Source: Vicugna vicugna
Lineage: Eukaryota
Direction of reading: 5' to 3'
Length of the DNA stretch: 63,762 bases
Assembly: GCA_013265495.1 (NCBI GenBank)
Contig: PNXW01001427.1
Span: forward strand, 1-63,762
A program made the translations under genes and the position numbers. Below the pieces are notes generated by a model, which searched no databases, had not been told where the DNA came from, and worked only from the letters and a program-made list of their open reading frames with translations. Positions 60,998 to 63,762 of the stretch are shown piece by piece; position 1 is the first letter of the stretch, and each line of letters opens with the position of its first letter.

Positions 60998-61417
60998 TGA
61001 GTCAGGATTATGATAATAAAGAAAATCAAATGATGGGGGGAGACCTCCTGCTGCTAGGCTCCATCTCAGGAGGAGTCCAATTCCAGTGCCTGGGTCTCCA
61101 AATGGATCTAGAAATATGAGAAGTCTGCTGGCACACTATCCTCCATCATCTTTTCTAAAAAGAGACAGAAAGGAGGCTCTGAGCTGAGTTTGGGTGACTA
61201 TTCCTCTCTCTCTCCCAGAGGCTGTGCCCAGCTGTGGCCCCAGGGGAAGAGGAGAAAGTTGTTTCCCAGTTTCTACATTTTCCGTGAATTTGGAGATGGA
61301 CTGAGCCAGATTTATTCTTGGAAGTCCTGAAACTGCTGGGAGGGAACCACTGAGATGAAAGGAGGTGGAAGGGGAGGAGCCTATGATAATACAATACTTC
61401 TTTTCACTTCCTCTTTT
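60998..61417 (+). promoter_or_regulatory. FCGR2B promoter motifs: AP-1 and a PU.1/IRF composite element
   Basis: TGAGTCA 60998-61004; TTTTCACTTCCTCTTTT 61401-61417 (reverse complement AAAAGAGGAAGTGAAAA, EICE consensus GGAAnnGAAA). Confidence 0.65.
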
Positions 61418-61524
61418 ACTCCAGAATTTGTCTGTCCTCTGGGGTGGAATCGATCAAGCCCTGAGAGAAGCCTGTGCTCGCCGTGCTGGTGCTGTCAGAG
61501 CCAACTCCTTTGCTCCGGGAGGTG

Positions 61525-61636
61525 ATGGGGGTCCCCTCATTCACAGGCCTCCCTGCTACTGAGAGTGACCAGGCTGACTGCATGCCCTGCCATCCTTTGG
61601 GCCACATGCTACTGTGGACAGCTCTGCTATTCCTGG
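61525..61636 (+). CDS. FCGR2B: FCGR2B exon 1 coding part (S1)
   Basis: [37 protein letters not shown] is colinear with human [37 protein letters not shown]; 112 nt, gtgagt donor at 61637. Confidence 0.93.
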
Positions 61637-62615
61637 GTGAGTCAGGGCCCCCAGGAGGGACACTGGAGCAGGAACAGAGGCAGGTGCGCTTTTCTAACTC
61701 AGGTGCTGCCACCTTGGTTGGGGCCGAGCTTGGGCCAGGGTGAGGGGTGGCACGGGAAGCATGTCAGGAAAGTCAGGAGGATGAAGGCAGGCTGATGAAA
61801 ACCAAATTCTCACAACCTTTCTGGCCCTGGCAAATTATGAAATTGGCAGAGTTTGGTGTTTGTTTGTTTCTGTTTTTTTCCCTAGTCTTCTGCCGAATCT
61901 CACTGGGCACCCAGGTCCCTGGTGCTTGGACACCCCCCACAGCAGAGCCAGATCTGAGGAAAGTCTAGTAGAGGAAAGGGTGTTTCCCTTCTGTAGAAAT
62001 TTGTGTTTTAGTGGGACCAAATCTTAGGCAGGAGGGCTAATGCTGTCTCTTACAAAAGGAGGTAGGGGAAGCAATAAAACACATTGTGGTGGTGGGGGCA
62101 GCGGCCATTCTCTGTGCCCCTGAAATCACTTCAGGCAGCAGAAGCCTGTTCTCCTTATGTGCAAGGTGATTCCCCGGGAAGAAGCACAAGAATGTCTGAG
62201 TTATCCAGGGAATGGGCCCAGAGAATACATAAACCGGGCAATTCTGGAATCATCAATTGTGGGACCAGGGAAATCATGCATGTCTGCTTGCACTGCACAG
62301 ACAGAAGTGAGGAAAAGATGAGTGTCACTACCAAAAGCAGCAGAGCAAATTAGCTAGGGAAAAGTGTTAGAATGGGAGTTTAGTGTCCTTTTAAACATGG
62401 AGACAGTAAGTTTACACAGATACCAATCTGGCCACCGTGTGGTGGTTTCATTAACACACAGCTGAACAAGTAAAGGCCTGGACAACACAGGTGAATGTAA
62501 TGTAGAAGGAGCAGGGCAAGAGAGTTAAGGAGATTTACAAGAAGGTGACTATTTATAATGATGAATCATCAAATCCAAACTCTGGGCTAATGGCTGCTTT
62601 CCATTTGCTTCCTAG

Positions 62616-62636
62616 CTCCTGCTGCTGGGACACCTG
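62616..62636 (+). CDS. FCGR2B: FCGR2B exon 2 (21-nt S2 mini-exon); the gene continues beyond the window
   Basis: ttcctag|CTCCTGCTGCTGGGACACCTG|gtaagt encodes APAAGTP (human APVAGTP). Confidence 0.92.
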
Positions 62637-63476
62637 GTAAGTACTCCACCCACACAAATCCTCTCCCTCCCCAGATATCCTCTCTCTCTGCTCCCAGCAC
62701 TCTGCCTGGAGATGCTCTGAATGCACCAGCAACTCAGGACTGAGACAGAGCCAAGAAAGGGTAATTGCTCCCACAAGACGCCCTGCTCCATCCCCCACAA
62801 CTCCTGTTTCCTTCCCTTTCTACCAGCAAAGCTGGGAATGTGCAGCAACATGCACAGGGGCGTCAGTCCTTCTGGTTCTGTTACCGTGAGACCTCACAGA
62901 CTTTCTCACAGAAAATTACTGTCCTCTATTTCAATCGCCTTCCTCTTTCCCAACTAAATCACGAGACCAAGCACTTTAGTCTCAGCTGTATGCAAAATCA
63001 CATGATTTGCTTAGATTATCCTCATGTGTTGATAAATATTTTACTTTTTGTATGTCTGAAGGCTTCAGGGCCTGTTCCCCTGGACAGAAATAGGAGATAC
63101 CACTGGTTGCAACTTGGTGGGGTGAACCCTGCTAGACACTTACTCTACACCACTAACCTTTCCACATTCTAGGACTCACAGGAGGGTCGGGCTCTCCCTT
63201 GGGCACCGAACCCAGGGTTTCCTAGACTTGCCCTCCAGCCTTTCTCCTTTCTTTATCCTTCTAATAGTCCTCTGTGCTTGGGTGTGAGGATAGTTCTATT
63301 TTAAGAGACAAATAAATACACCAGGTCAGAACAGAAACTGGATGTCTGACTCCCAGCCTGGCACCTCCATCAGATGCTCCCATTTGTCTTCATCCAGCTG
63401 TGGAGTTTGTCCACTAGTGTCCAAATGCCTCAGTTTACAGGGGTGGAAACTGAATCCCAAAAGGTATGTATTTGTA

Positions 63477-63514
63477 GTGTGTGTGTGTGTGTGTGTGTGT
63501 GCGCACATGTATAC
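63477..63514. repeat. (GT)12 microsatellite extended by alternating purine-pyrimidine sequence
   Basis: (gt)12 followed by gcgcacatgtatac in FCGR2B intron 2. Confidence 0.9.
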
Positions 63515-63762
63515 AGGAGAGAGAAGGAAATTGTTCAATGTCCCTTGCTGAGGTGTACTTGTACTTCTAGAGTGTTTGCTTTGCTCTGTCTTCACTTCTC
63601 TTATCTCTTACCCACTCCCCTAAGGAACAGCCAAGCTCCCTAAGAGGACATGGGTTCCTAGGGACCCTGTGTGGGCTGCCTGAGTAGGAGGAATTGCCCT
63701 CAGCTGCAGAACAGTTTTGGATTGGGTTCCTATCTTGATGTCTACAGCACAGCCACAGTTTC

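Noticed and set aside
61474..61524. Upstream extension of FCGR2B exon 1 in the ORF track
   Set aside because: Non-ATG start; homology to FCGR2B begins at ATG 61525.

Overview
Mammalian genomic DNA, most likely camelid (inferred from four copies of a tRNA-derived SINE matching the Vic-1 type and a recurring young L1 3' end). It covers the low-affinity Fc-gamma receptor locus, syntenic to human 1q23. In order: the 3' end of an FCGR2A-position gene on + (FCGR2-type EC2 exon spliced to an FCGR3-type LFAVDTGL transmembrane exon whose tail is cut by a premature stop); a tRNA cluster (Asp pseudogene, Gly-GCC, Leu pseudogene, Gly-TCC, Asp-GTC, Asn-GTT) with intronless HSPA6 (643 aa) inside it; a complete 5-exon FCGR3A/CD16 on - (249 aa); about 35 kb of L1, L2, MIR, LTR and DNA-transposon relics, including a ~7.5 kb two-LTR ERV1-class provirus with gag, pol and env remnants; and the first two coding exons of FCGR2B on +. 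I found no new multi-gene system. The most notable observations are the nearly tail-less chimeric Fc receptor, a Leu-bodied tRNA relic with a CGG anticodon, a 47-bp templated insertion flanked by a 17-bp inverted repeat, retro-derived poly(A) signals inside FCGR3A, and a proviral LTR that retains CpG-containing motifs just upstream of FCGR2B. Repeat family names and boundaries come from visual recognition and are approximate.
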